From assembly GCA_036507075.1 (NCBI GenBank), contig DASXQR010000004.1:1-64000 (forward strand): a stretch of DNA of 64,000 nucleotides, written 5' to 3'. The notes beneath the pieces are model-generated. The model was not told the origin of the DNA. It was given only the letters and a program-made list of their open reading frames with translations, and did no database searches. A program made the translations under genes and the position numbers. This stretch comes from Acidobacteriota bacterium. Lineage in GTDB: Bacteria > Acidobacteriota > UBA6911 > JACQSX01. Position 1 is the first letter of the stretch; every line of letters starts with the position of its first letter. Positions 31,267-41,037 of this stretch are shown here, one piece after another.

Positions 31267-32826
31267 ATGTCAAAGATGTTCTTCCATAGCTTTGTGAAAA
31301 GCGTCTTCACGCTGGCGTTGATTGGCGCTGCAGATTGTCAGGCACAAGCACGGCCTGTCAGCCAAAACCGCGAAATTGCCGCCGGCGACAGAACCAGGCT
31401 GGAGCGGTTTGAAAAACAACTCGAAGAGCTGCGAACACACCTGAAGATTCCGGGAATGTCGGCTGCCATCGTCAAGGATCAGCAGGTACTCTGGTCCAAA
31501 GGATCCGGATTTGCGGATCTTGAACGCCGCGTGCCCGCAACACCCGACACCCTCTACCACATCGCTTCATTAACCAAGACGTTTGCCGCTACCTTGATCA
31601 TGCAACTGGTAGAGAATGGAAAATTAAACCTCGATGAACCGATGTCGAACTACTCCAGCGATTTCAAGGATAGTTCGGTCAAAATCAAGCACCTGCTCAG
31701 CCACACCTCCGAGGGCACGCCTGGAGACGACTACCAGTACAATGGAAACCGCTACGATTACCTGACGGCGGTGATCGAGAAGAAGACCGGCAAGTCGTTC
31801 CGTGAATTGATTGTCAGGAATTTCTTTGTTCCGCTGGGAATGTCGGGAAGTGTTCCGGCCCATGATGTGCTGGATGAAGCTTCAAAGGGATCAAATCTGT
31901 TCGCGAAGGAAATGCTGGACCGCTTTCAGAAGAACCTGACCAATCTGGCACAGCCTTACACCCTTTATGGCAGCAGCGAAGTTGTGCGCGTCCCTTATCC
32001 GCCCAGAGGAGTCGGCGCCGCCGCTGGGATACTATCGACCGTGGTTGACATGGCTCGCTTCGACGCGGCGATCGACCGCCATCGGTACCTTAATGAAGAA
32101 ACGCAGGATCGTGCCTGGACCCCGTTTGTCTCAAACAGCGGCAGGGAACTTCCGCACGGCCTCGGGTGGTTCGTTGAGAAGTATCAGGGACTCAAACTGA
32201 TCTGGCACTACGGGCACTGGGGGACAGGCTTCTCGGCAACGTACCTGAAAGTTCCCGAGCACAATCTTTCATTGATTCTGCTTGCCAACAGCGAAGCGCT
32301 GAGCGACCCCTTTTACCGGACAGGAGGCATTGAAACCAACGTTTTTGCCTGCGCTTTTCTGCGTCTGTTTGCTTTTGAAGATCTGCAGGGCCGCGTGCTT
32401 CCCGATCTACCCTGGACCCTGCGCGCGCAGGAATTCAACAGTGAACTTGCACGGCTGGATCCGCAGTCCGCCGGCAACTCCCGGGATTGCGCGCCGCTGT
32501 CACACGCATCGATGACGAGCTGGCTCGACCAGCGCAGTGCAAAGGCCCGCACGTCGGTCAAAGTAGACAGCAGAATTTATGAGGCCTATGTCGGGCAATA
32601 TGAATTGAACCCCCAGCGGATATTCAGCGTGACCAAGGAAGGCGAAAAACTGGTGGTGGACATACCCCGAACGGCCAGGTCCGAAATGTTTCCGGAGTCA
32701 GAATCGAAGTTTTTCCTCAAAGTAAGAGATGTGCAATTGGTTTTCGTCAAAGGTGAAAAAGGAGAAGTCACGCATCTGGAAATCATCTCAAACGGAGACA
32801 CGATGCGTGCAAAGAGAGTGAGATAA
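31267..32826 (+). CDS. Serine hydrolase (beta-lactamase/PBP family) with C-terminal DUF3471-like domain
   Basis: SLTK (SxxK), LLSHTS, HYG; YVGQYEL tail. Confidence 0.9.
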   Translation: MSKMFFHSFVKSVFTLALIGAADCQAQARPVSQNREIAAGDRTRLERFEKQLEELRTHLKIPGMSAAIVKDQQVLWSKGSGFADLERRVPATPDTLYHIASLTKTFAATLIMQLVENGKLNLDEPMSNYSSDFKDSSVKIKHLLSHTSEGTPGDDYQYNGNRYDYLTAVIEKKTGKSFRELIVRNFFVPLGMSGSVPAHDVLDEASKGSNLFAKEMLDRFQKNLTNLAQPYTLYGSSEVVRVPYPPRGVGAAAGILSTVVDMARFDAAIDRHRYLNEETQDRAWTPFVSNSGRELPHGLGWFVEKYQGLKLIWHYGHWGTGFSATYLKVPEHNLSLILLANSEALSDPFYRTGGIETNVFACAFLRLFAFEDLQGRVLPDLPWTLRAQEFNSELARLDPQSAGNSRDCAPLSHASMTSWLDQRSAKARTSVKVDSRIYEAYVGQYELNPQRIFSVTKEGEKLVVDIPRTARSEMFPESESKFFLKVRDVQLVFVKGEKGEVTHLEIISNGDTMRAKRVR

Positions 32827-32833
32827 TCGGTCA

Positions 32834-33586
32834 ATGTGCTCAGTCATTCTCTTTGGCGCCAGGATCGGTATTTGTCTTCTGGTGTTGACGCTTTCCCTCT
32901 CCTGCGTCCTGCGCAAAGAGCAGCGCTATTCGGATTTCACCACGCACACTCCCCTGAAGGCAGGGGATTGCCTGGTGATCGGATTTCTGGGCGGGCGGGA
33001 ACCATGGAACAATGAGAAGCGGAATGTGCGACGCTTGGCTCTGAAACTGCGCTCCATGCAGCTATCGGGAGTGCACGTCGAAACAGTCGAGAACAGAAAA
33101 CGCCACCTGGCTGTAAAACTGATCAAAGGCGCGCTGGACCGCAATAGCGACGGTTCTCTGGACGCGCAGGAAAAGGCGTCGGCGCGATTGATCATTTACG
33201 GGCAGAGCTTCGGCGGTGCGGCCGTCGTCAAGCTGGCAAGAGACCTCAAATCTCTGGACATTCCGGTCGCCCTCACCGTGCAGATCGACAGCGTCGGCCG
33301 CAATGACGCGGTAATCCCGAGCAACGTCGCCGCTGCGGCCAATCTCTACCAATCCAACGGATGGGTGATAAAAGGAGAATCCGAGATACACTCTGAAGAT
33401 CGTCACGAGACTCGGATCATCGGCAACTTCAAATACGATTACAGCCGAAAGAAAATCGACCTTTCGCAAGTGTCATGGCTCAAGAAACTGTTCCGCGCAG
33501 CTCACACCAAAATGGACTTCGATCCCGAAGTCTGGTCCCGTGTCGAACAACTCATCCTGGCCGAGATCAGGCGCCGGGATGAGTAA
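32834..33586 (+). CDS. Hypothetical alpha/beta-hydrolase-like lipoprotein
   Basis: GQSFG nucleophile elbow; LSLSC lipobox-like motif. Confidence 0.7.
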   Translation: MCSVILFGARIGICLLVLTLSLSCVLRKEQRYSDFTTHTPLKAGDCLVIGFLGGREPWNNEKRNVRRLALKLRSMQLSGVHVETVENRKRHLAVKLIKGALDRNSDGSLDAQEKASARLIIYGQSFGGAAVVKLARDLKSLDIPVALTVQIDSVGRNDAVIPSNVAAAANLYQSNGWVIKGESEIHSEDRHETRIIGNFKYDYSRKKIDLSQVSWLKKLFRAAHTKMDFDPEVWSRVEQLILAEIRRRDE

Positions 33587-33736
33587 GGTGTTAAAAAATC
33601 GTCTCCTTACCGTGCTCGTGAACGTGAGACGTGGTCGTTGCCGTGTTCGAGGACGGTTCCTTGGTTGCGGCCTACATCCGGGATGTGCCTCTGTGGTTGC
33701 ACCGCGCCGCTAAAAGGTGTATATCGGTCCGACCAT

Positions 33737-34741
33737 ATGCGCATGCTTATCCTGTTTGTTTCTGTAATTGGGGCCGCCGCCTCTTCTGCCTACGCGGTAC
33801 CCTGCACGTCGCCGTCCGGCTGCACGGAATGGGTGAACCTTGGCGCCGGGCAGGCGCGATCGTTGATATATCGCACATATCCGCTTGATGCCAGGAATGA
33901 AAAGATCACACGCGCCCTGATCATGATCCACGGGGCGGGACGCGATGCCGACAACTATTTCCGCACCGCCGTTGCAGCCGCTTTCCTGGCCAATGGCCTG
34001 GACGACACGATTGTCATTGCCCCGCGTTTTGCTTCCAACGACGGACGCAGCTGCCGCGATACCCTCGACGCTAACGAAATCAGTTGGAGCTGCTCGGGCG
34101 ACAGTTGGCGATCGGGCGGCGTGGCCGCCGGTGACGAGCGGCTGACTTCCTATGACCTGACCGACGAGATTCTTCGCAAGCTCGCCCGTAAAGAGGTTTT
34201 TCCGAACCTGAAAGCGATCGTGGTCGCCGGCCACTCGGCAGGCGGTCAGTACGCTACGCGGTTCGGAATGGCCAACCAGGTCCACGACAAGCTCGGCGTG
34301 CCGGTTACTTACGTCGTTTCGAATCCTTCCAGCTATGCCTACCTTGATCCCGAGCGTCCGGGCGGCGAAGCCGGCGAGTTGCGCTCTTTCGGCGATGCGC
34401 GCAACTGCACGACCTACGATCGCTGGCCCTACGGCCTGCAGAATCGCACCGGCTACTCAGCCCGGCTCACCGACGATCAACTGAAGAAACAACTTGCCGC
34501 GCGGCCTGTGACCTATCTGCTTGGCGGCCTGGACACGCTGCCCCTGGCAGGCTTTGATTCCTCCTGCCCTGCCATGGCCCAGGGCCCGACTCGTCTTGCG
34601 CGTGGACAGGCGTTTGCCGCCTACGTCAATAAAAAGTATGCCGCCCAGCACAAACTGGTCGTCATCCCCCTGTGCGGGCATAATGCCCGCTGCATGTTCA
34701 CGGCAGAACCGGCGCTGGCGATACTTTTTCCGAAGTTTTAG
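33737..34741 (+). CDS. Secreted alpha/beta hydrolase
   Basis: IHG, GHSAGGQ, C-terminal GH; signal peptide. Confidence 0.85.
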   Translation: MRMLILFVSVIGAAASSAYAVPCTSPSGCTEWVNLGAGQARSLIYRTYPLDARNEKITRALIMIHGAGRDADNYFRTAVAAAFLANGLDDTIVIAPRFASNDGRSCRDTLDANEISWSCSGDSWRSGGVAAGDERLTSYDLTDEILRKLARKEVFPNLKAIVVAGHSAGGQYATRFGMANQVHDKLGVPVTYVVSNPSSYAYLDPERPGGEAGELRSFGDARNCTTYDRWPYGLQNRTGYSARLTDDQLKKQLAARPVTYLLGGLDTLPLAGFDSSCPAMAQGPTRLARGQAFAAYVNKKYAAQHKLVVIPLCGHNARCMFTAEPALAILFPKF

Positions 34742-34858
34742 CACTGGCTTTGCGGCGTGTGAACGATCACCGCAAAGGCACAAAGGGCACAAAGAAGCCG
34801 GCAAATTCTTTGTGTTCTTCGTGTCTTTGTGGTCCGAGAATCTTCAAGAGGTAAAGCC

Positions 34859-36826
34859 ATGCAAAAAAGAGACACTCTCCTTTGGACGGTCATCAGCCTG
34901 ACGATCGCGCTCCTTCACGTGGAGCTGGACTTTGCGCAGACTCCGGCCCCATCCCAGCAATCCCAGCCGCCGAGGACGCGACGATCACAACGTGTGCGGA
35001 TGCAGGAGGTCCAGGTCGCAAGTCCGGACGGAAAGGTCAAATTGACTATCCTGCCCAATGCGGAGCGGCTGACCTATACGGTGATGTTGGGAAACACGCC
35101 TGTACTGGAACCGTCTCCCATCATCATGAATCTGGATGGCTACGATCTTTCATCGGGAGTCGTATTCGATAAGCTGGACCGCTATGAAGTCAACGAGACC
35201 TATCCCTGGTTGGGCGCTCGCAGCACAGCGGCTAATCAATGCAACGCCGTCAAGGTTTCCCTTGTGCATGATTTGAGCTTCGTCAATTACACCCTGGAGT
35301 TAAGGGTCTTCAATGACGGCGTCGCTTTCCGCCATGTTATTCCCGGTGAGGAAAGCGCTTCACGCGTACCGGACGAATACTCGACCTTCAACATCCCGGC
35401 CGGCTCTACGGTTTGGTATGCCGGCATGGCGGAGGGCCATTATGAGGCCCCTTACTTGAAGAAGAATATTTCCGAAGTCCAGGCCGGAGAATGGGCAGGC
35501 CCGCCTCTCACTTTCAAGTTGCCGCTCGACGGCCGTTACGCCTCGATCACGGAAGCCAACCTGGTGAATTACAGCGGGATGGGATTGGAAGCCGACGGCC
35601 GCCGCGGCTGGGTTACAGGTCTGGGACACCGGCAGCCTTTGAACTATCCCTTCGAGCTGCGCTACGGGAGAGAAGAAGGCAAGCGCCTGGGCAAAGCGGC
35701 CTCCGTCACCGGCACCATTACCACTCCATGGCGCGTGGTGATGGTTGGCCGCGACCTGAACACTCTGGTCGACAGCAACATCCTTCCCAACCTCTGCCCT
35801 CCGCCCGATCCAAAGCTCTTCCCCGAGGGAATCAAGACCGCATGGATCAAGCCCGGCCGCGCGGTATGGCGTTACGTTGATGGCGGCCCCACCGGGGTTG
35901 AAGGCATGAAACAGTTTTCCAGTATGGCAGGCCGGCTCGGCTTTGAGCACCACGTCATCGAAGGCATCTGGAGCCGCTGGACAATGGAAGAAAGAAAAGA
36001 TGTGGTTAATTATTCCAGACAGCAGGGAGTCGGTGTCTGGTTCTGGAGGCACAGCAACCAGCTTCGAACGCCGGAGGCACGCGAGGAATTCTTCAAGATG
36101 TTGCGCGATCTGGGCGTCACCGGCGCCAAGATCGACTTCTTCGATCACGAAGCCAAGGAAGTCATCGACCTCTATGAAACGCTGCTTCGCAAAGCGGCGG
36201 AATTCCATATACTGCTCGTCTTCCACGGCGCCAACAAGCCGACAGGACGCGAGCGCACCTGGCCCAACGAGATGGTCCGCGAGGCGATCCGGGGTATGGA
36301 GTCAGGAAACATGATGGAACGCGCGCGGCACCAGACGATCCTGCCGTTTACGCGCTACCTGGCCGGACCGGCCGACTACACAACCATGCTCTTCAGTGAG
36401 CGCCGCCGTGATTCCAGCATCGCGCACCAGATCGCCAGCATGGCCGTTTACGCCAGTCCCCTGCTGACAATTGCCGCCAATCCGCAGAGCATTCTGAACA
36501 GTCCCGCGGTTGACGTAATCAAGAACATCCCGGCAGTGTGGGATGAAACCATCGTCCTGTCGGATTCGGAAATCGGGGAGCTCGCCGCCTTTGCACGGCG
36601 CACGGGCAAATCCTGGTTTTTGGCCGTCATGTGCGGCCCGCAGGCCAGGACGATACGCGTGCCGCTCTCATTTCTGGGCCAAGGCCAGTATAAAGCGACG
36701 TTGGTCCGTGACAGCGCCGAGGGCTCTGCGGTAACGATCGAAAACACAACCCAGAAGCAAGGCGATACACTCACTGTTGATCTGCGCGCAGGAGGCGGCT
36801 TCGTGGGCCGTTTTTCGAAGCCGTAA
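34859..36826 (+). CDS. Glycoside hydrolase family 97
   Basis: SPDGK, NDGVAFR, TPWRVVM, WIKPG, KIDFFD, FHGANKPTG.ERTWPN, GPADYT. Confidence 0.92.
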   Translation: MQKRDTLLWTVISLTIALLHVELDFAQTPAPSQQSQPPRTRRSQRVRMQEVQVASPDGKVKLTILPNAERLTYTVMLGNTPVLEPSPIIMNLDGYDLSSGVVFDKLDRYEVNETYPWLGARSTAANQCNAVKVSLVHDLSFVNYTLELRVFNDGVAFRHVIPGEESASRVPDEYSTFNIPAGSTVWYAGMAEGHYEAPYLKKNISEVQAGEWAGPPLTFKLPLDGRYASITEANLVNYSGMGLEADGRRGWVTGLGHRQPLNYPFELRYGREEGKRLGKAASVTGTITTPWRVVMVGRDLNTLVDSNILPNLCPPPDPKLFPEGIKTAWIKPGRAVWRYVDGGPTGVEGMKQFSSMAGRLGFEHHVIEGIWSRWTMEERKDVVNYSRQQGVGVWFWRHSNQLRTPEAREEFFKMLRDLGVTGAKIDFFDHEAKEVIDLYETLLRKAAEFHILLVFHGANKPTGRERTWPNEMVREAIRGMESGNMMERARHQTILPFTRYLAGPADYTTMLFSERRRDSSIAHQIASMAVYASPLLTIAANPQSILNSPAVDVIKNIPAVWDETIVLSDSEIGELAAFARRTGKSWFLAVMCGPQARTIRVPLSFLGQGQYKATLVRDSAEGSAVTIENTTQKQGDTLTVDLRAGGGFVGRFSKP

Positions 36827-36831
36827 GACGA

Positions 36832-36984
36832 AACCGCCAAGCACGCCAAGACCGCCAAGATTTTAATGGCTCTACTCCAGTTCACCTCGGGTACACAGTC
36901 CAAACTGTAAACGAATTCGATGTCCACTGTGAACCCGTCCGACTAGAGGGAATTCTCTTGGCGTTCTTAGCGTTCTTGGCGGTT
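36832..36984 (+). mobile_element. 153-bp miniature element with 9-bp-period arms, homologous to 40262-40413
   Basis: AACCGCCAAG arms; internal ATGGCTCTACTCCAGTTCACC resembles ATGGATCTAAATCAATTTACC. Confidence 0.75.
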
Positions 36985-38087
36985 CAATCTTTTCTCGAAC
37001 ACTCTGCAACCAGCGGGAACTTGATCACTTTATTGTCTCGCTGGGAACGGTAGATGGCCGTGAACAACTCCACCGTTCTGCGGCCTTCTTCACCCGGGAT
37101 CATGGGATCGCGGCCTTCGATGATGGCCTGCAGGAAGTCCTTGATCTGCAACTGGTGATAGTGCCGGGTCGCATCAGTCGTCAAAAAAAAATCCGAATCC
37201 TCTCGCTGCCACTGTTTCAGCAGGTTCTCTTCTCCCTGCACAGTCCAAATATCATTGATGGGAGGTTCAGTAATAGTGGACATACCCGCAATAAACATCG
37301 CTCCGCCATCGGTCTGCACGCCCACGGACGCTCCGTTCTTGCCGTACACAGCCACCTTGCCGTAAAGCGCCGGGTTCTGAGAGTTGCTTAAGATAATGTT
37401 TCCAAGAGCGCCACTTTTGAAGCGGATCACAGCCACCGCCGTATCTTCAACTTCAATATAAGGGTGATTGAGATTGGCCCAGCAGCCAAAGACTTCGGCC
37501 ACGGGACCCATGAACCACAGCAGAATATCAAGCTGATGAGGCGCCTGATTGACCAACACCCCGCCGCCCTCGCCGCTCCAGCTCCCCCGCCACGAGTCAC
37601 TTTCATAATAAGCCTGATCCCGCCACCCGAACATGCTGACCGTGCCCAGAATCGGCTGGCCCAGTTTCCCGTCTTCAATCGCTTGCTTGATCCTCTGCAC
37701 GGGGGCATACAGCCGCCGCTGGCTGATTGTTGCCAGTTTGACACTGGCGTCTCTGGCTGCGCGAATCATGGCATCGCAGTCTTCCAGAGAGGAGGCCAGC
37801 GGCTTTTCTACGATCACATGAGCCCCGGCTCGCATGGCCTTTATGGCAGGTTCGGCATGCCGAGGATGCGGCGTGCATAGAGTCACGGCTTGCACGCCCC
37901 CGGCCTTCACCATCTCTTCGACATCCGCGTAAGCCTTCACCCCGTATTGCCGTGCGAACGCCTGGGCGCCTTTGACGTTTACATTACACACTGCTGTAAA
38001 CTCTGATTCGTCCAAATCCAGCAGAGCCGCGGCATGAATGTGGGCGACTTTTCCCGTGCCGACGATGCCTGTCTTCAGTTTCCGCAT
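36984..38087 (-). CDS. Gfo/Idh/MocA oxidoreductase
   Basis: GIVGTG, VEKP, GGGVLVNQAPH. Confidence 0.93.
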   Translation of the reverse strand: MRKLKTGIVGTGKVAHIHAAALLDLDESEFTAVCNVNVKGAQAFARQYGVKAYADVEEMVKAGGVQAVTLCTPHPRHAEPAIKAMRAGAHVIVEKPLASSLEDCDAMIRAARDASVKLATISQRRLYAPVQRIKQAIEDGKLGQPILGTVSMFGWRDQAYYESDSWRGSWSGEGGGVLVNQAPHQLDILLWFMGPVAEVFGCWANLNHPYIEVEDTAVAVIRFKSGALGNIILSNSQNPALYGKVAVYGKNGASVGVQTDGGAMFIAGMSTITEPPINDIWTVQGEENLLKQWQREDSDFFLTTDATRHYHQLQIKDFLQAIIEGRDPMIPGEEGRRTVELFTAIYRSQRDNKVIKFPLVAECSRKD

Positions 38088-38201
38088 AAGAGATTTCGTG
38101 GTGCCTTGGTGTCTTTGTGGTGAAAAAAAACACTAACCACCAAGGCACCAAGGCACTACAAGGGTTCTGGAACCGCATTCCCCAATCCGTATCCCATCAG
38201 A

Positions 38202-39233
38202 TCACGGCTTCAGAATAACCTTCATCAGCCCGGGTTCCTGCCGATAAAGGCGGTCGAACCACATCGGCCCTTCTTCCAACGGGACGGAAGCGCTGATGAA
38301 GGCGCGCACGTCGATCTTGCCGCGCGCCATCAGATCGATACAGGCCGGGTACTCGCCCGATGAGGCACACGCGCCGATGAGAGTGATCTCGCGAGTAACA
38401 ACCTGCTGCAGCGGCATCTCCACTTTTGACGACAAATTGCCGACCAACGTTGCAGCGCCGCCTTTGCGGAGGCTGGCCACAGCAGTGTTGAAAGCGTCAG
38501 ATGTTCCCACAACCTCGAAGGCCAGATCGGCTCCCCTGCCCTGTGTCAGTTCAAGAATCTGAGCCTGAAGGTCGGGCGACCCGGCGTTGATCCCTTCGTC
38601 GGCGCCGCGTTCCCGCGCCATTTGCAGCTTCCGATCATCCAGATCAATCGCAATCAGTGTGCCGCATCCTGCCTGGCGCACCGTTTGTATCACGAGCTGT
38701 CCTATCATCCCCGCTCCCACCACGACCACGGAATCACCCAGCTTCATGGGCGCGCGATTGGTGGCGTGAAAGGCAATTGAGACAGCTTCGATCATGGCCG
38801 CCTGCTCAAAGCTCAGATCGTCAGGCAGACTGTAGATGATGTGCTGAGGAACTGCGACAAACTCGGCGAACGCGCCGTGCCGGCGATACTCACTGCAGGA
38901 CACTCCCAGGACCTTGCGATTGTCGCAGAGATTGACTTCGCCGCGTCGACAGTGGAAGCACTTGCCGCAATAAACGGTCGAGTCGAAGGTCACGCGGTCG
39001 CCGGGACGAAACTCCTTCACCCCCGCGCCGACTGCAGCAATCACGCCCGACGCTTCATGCCCCATGATCAGCGGCGGGATGCGCCTGCCGGTACGCCCAT
39101 CGTAGCCGTGCACGTCGCTGCCACAGATGCCGCAGGCCTTAACGCGCACCAGCACCTCGTCAGGCCCGATCTCCGGGTCGGGTACCGTGGTGACTTCCAA
39201 TTGTTTGTAGTCTTTAAGCAACAGGGCTTTCAT
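38202..39233 (-). CDS. Zinc-dependent polyol dehydrogenase (MDR family)
   Basis: CGSDVH, GHE, CGKCFHC...C, GAGMIG. Confidence 0.93.
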   Translation of the reverse strand: MKALLLKDYKQLEVTTVPDPEIGPDEVLVRVKACGICGSDVHGYDGRTGRRIPPLIMGHEASGVIAAVGAGVKEFRPGDRVTFDSTVYCGKCFHCRRGEVNLCDNRKVLGVSCSEYRRHGAFAEFVAVPQHIIYSLPDDLSFEQAAMIEAVSIAFHATNRAPMKLGDSVVVVGAGMIGQLVIQTVRQAGCGTLIAIDLDDRKLQMARERGADEGINAGSPDLQAQILELTQGRGADLAFEVVGTSDAFNTAVASLRKGGAATLVGNLSSKVEMPLQQVVTREITLIGACASSGEYPACIDLMARGKIDVRAFISASVPLEEGPMWFDRLYRQEPGLMKVILKP

Positions 39234-39355
39234 CAAGACAGTCTCCGGTGAGCACGAATTTTCGACGCAAATCGTTTCTGGCATAGTCTGACTTTGTGTT
39301 CTTTGTGGCTTTGTGGTGAACGTTCTTATGCGCGCTGATGCAGCCAGGCACTGAC

Positions 39356-40378
39356 TTATTTCTTGCCCGCTCGTTGGATTCCGGCACGATATGCGTCATA
39401 GGCGCGCTGAATCTCCGCGGCCTCGGGCGCGCCGCGATGGATCCAGATTCGGTAACGGCAGGAAACCGATTTGCCCGGCGGGAATGTCTGCGGTGTTACT
39501 CCCGGCCATCCGACAGCCAGCATCCCATAATGCCGCGTCATCCATGTGGGAGGGTAGTCCGGGTGCGCGGGATCGACGAAGACAGCCATACCGCTTAGTT
39601 TGTTTGCACCCTTAAGATCGCCGGAAAGATCGGCCCACGGCAGGCGTGTCACAACCAGGTCCTCACTGGTGCGACCGGCCGGTATAGTGATGATCGTCCT
39701 GGAACGCGGCCCAAACCGGAGAGCGAGTCCGCCGTAACTCTTCCCTTCGGCGCCCCAAAGGGTGACGGGCCGGTCGATGGGCGTCCAGGTAAACTCCACT
39801 TCTATGGAGCGTTCTTCAGAGGATGCCGGATGGGCTCGGATCCAGACTTTCTCCTGCAACACCTGTCTATCTCCGACGAACCATCCGTTTTCAATGCCAA
39901 GGGCCGCTATATTCGCTTTGATTTCCCGCGCCAGCCAGCGCTGAAACTGGTGTCGGATTCCGCTCATACTCCAAAGGTCGTACTCCTTGTCTGCGATCTT
40001 GATGTGCGGCCATGCCCAGTAAAGACCACGGTGATGAACGTGGTCCTTGGGGAAGTCATCGGTCAAAACCTCTGCATCCAGGCCGTAAATGGGATGAATG
40101 TAAGACGAACGGTCTCGAGCGCCCTCCACAGCAGGCTTGCTGATGACGCCGTGATTGTAAACAAAAACAGGTCGGTCACCTTCCCAAAGACCGAGCGATT
40201 TGTCGCTGACGGCTTCGAATCGAAAACCTTTACTCGGTGCTGAAGGTTTTGATTGTGATTGAACCGCGAAGAACGCAAAGAACGCGAAGAATATGACGAT
40301 CACTTTGGCGGCTCGCTCGACGTTGTCCTTGTCCAATACCTTGAACCGTTTGTAGAGGGTAAATTGATTTAGATCCAT
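39356..40378 (-). CDS. DUF6807/'PmoA-like' secreted protein with a repeat-derived 5' end
   Basis: YIHP.Y...LT.D.P.DH.HHRGL.WAW, YGGL..R, HP.....W..R.YG. Start uncertain; see findings. Confidence 0.75.
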   Translation of the reverse strand: MDLNQFTLYKRFKVLDKDNVERAAKVIVIFFAFFAFFAVQSQSKPSAPSKGFRFEAVSDKSLGLWEGDRPVFVYNHGVISKPAVEGARDRSSYIHPIYGLDAEVLTDDFPKDHVHHRGLYWAWPHIKIADKEYDLWSMSGIRHQFQRWLAREIKANIAALGIENGWFVGDRQVLQEKVWIRAHPASSEERSIEVEFTWTPIDRPVTLWGAEGKSYGGLALRFGPRSRTIITIPAGRTSEDLVVTRLPWADLSGDLKGANKLSGMAVFVDPAHPDYPPTWMTRHYGMLAVGWPGVTPQTFPPGKSVSCRYRIWIHRGAPEAAEIQRAYDAYRAGIQRAGKK

Positions 40379-40413
40379 TTTAAACCTTGGCGCTCTTTGC
40401 GCGCTTGGCGGTT
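40262..40413 (-). mobile_element. 152-bp miniature element in the 5' end of the DUF6807-like gene
   Basis: Inverted 9-bp-period arms; same length and interior similarity as 36832-36984. Confidence 0.75.
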
Positions 40414-40635
40414 CCGCTTTGGCCCAATCAGCGCTCAACGCGCTCTCCGCGCGAGGGAACCAAAACGGCTCCCACCGAAACCAGAAGGCAGAACACAAGG
40501 ATCGGTTTCAGCATTCTTTTCATACGGGTTATCGCTCCAGAGAGACGGGCCGCATCCCGGGGCCTGAATAAATGTCAATCATTTGGACAAGGTCGATCGC
40601 GAGAATAATCCCAGCCGGATGCCGCCGTCAACGAT

Positions 40636-40983
40636 TTCACCACAGAGGACACAGGCCGGCCCTGGGCCCCGACCAAAAACGATGCACGCCTTGACATCCC
40701 GAGCACGCGAAGCCCAGAGCCACGTCCCGCAAGGGCGTGGCAGGACCCATGCAGCCGCCTTCAATCGGCTGGCGCGTTATCGCGCAGCTGCGGCAGCCCG
40801 CCTCAGTCTGCCGAACGCGTGATAAGAGGCTTGGCGGCAGATTCAGATGAGCGTCAAGCCGACTGACATTGTTCCCGCCACGCCCTTGCGGGACGTGGCT
40901 CTGCGCTTCGCGTGCCCGGGTTGTCAAAGAGGCGCGCCGCTTTTTGGTTGCGGCCAGCGGCCGGGTTGAGCCTCTGTGGTTAA
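40636..40983. mobile_element. Composite palindromic element: CCACAGAG/GCCGCAACC-type outer ends with 51-bp inner inverted repeats
   Basis: Inner IR 40691-40741 vs 40877-40927 (3 mismatches), each containing GCCACGTCCCGCAAGGGCGTGGC. Confidence 0.8.
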
Positions 40984-41037
40984 ATCTGCCGAGCTTCTAT
41001 GTCGGCGCAAACTGTGTATAATCGCCCATCAAAAGCC

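Noticed and set aside
39356..40378. Particulate methane monooxygenase subunit
   Set aside because: The 'PmoA' family label is a misnomer here: the protein is soluble and beta-rich, and no pmoB or pmoC is present.
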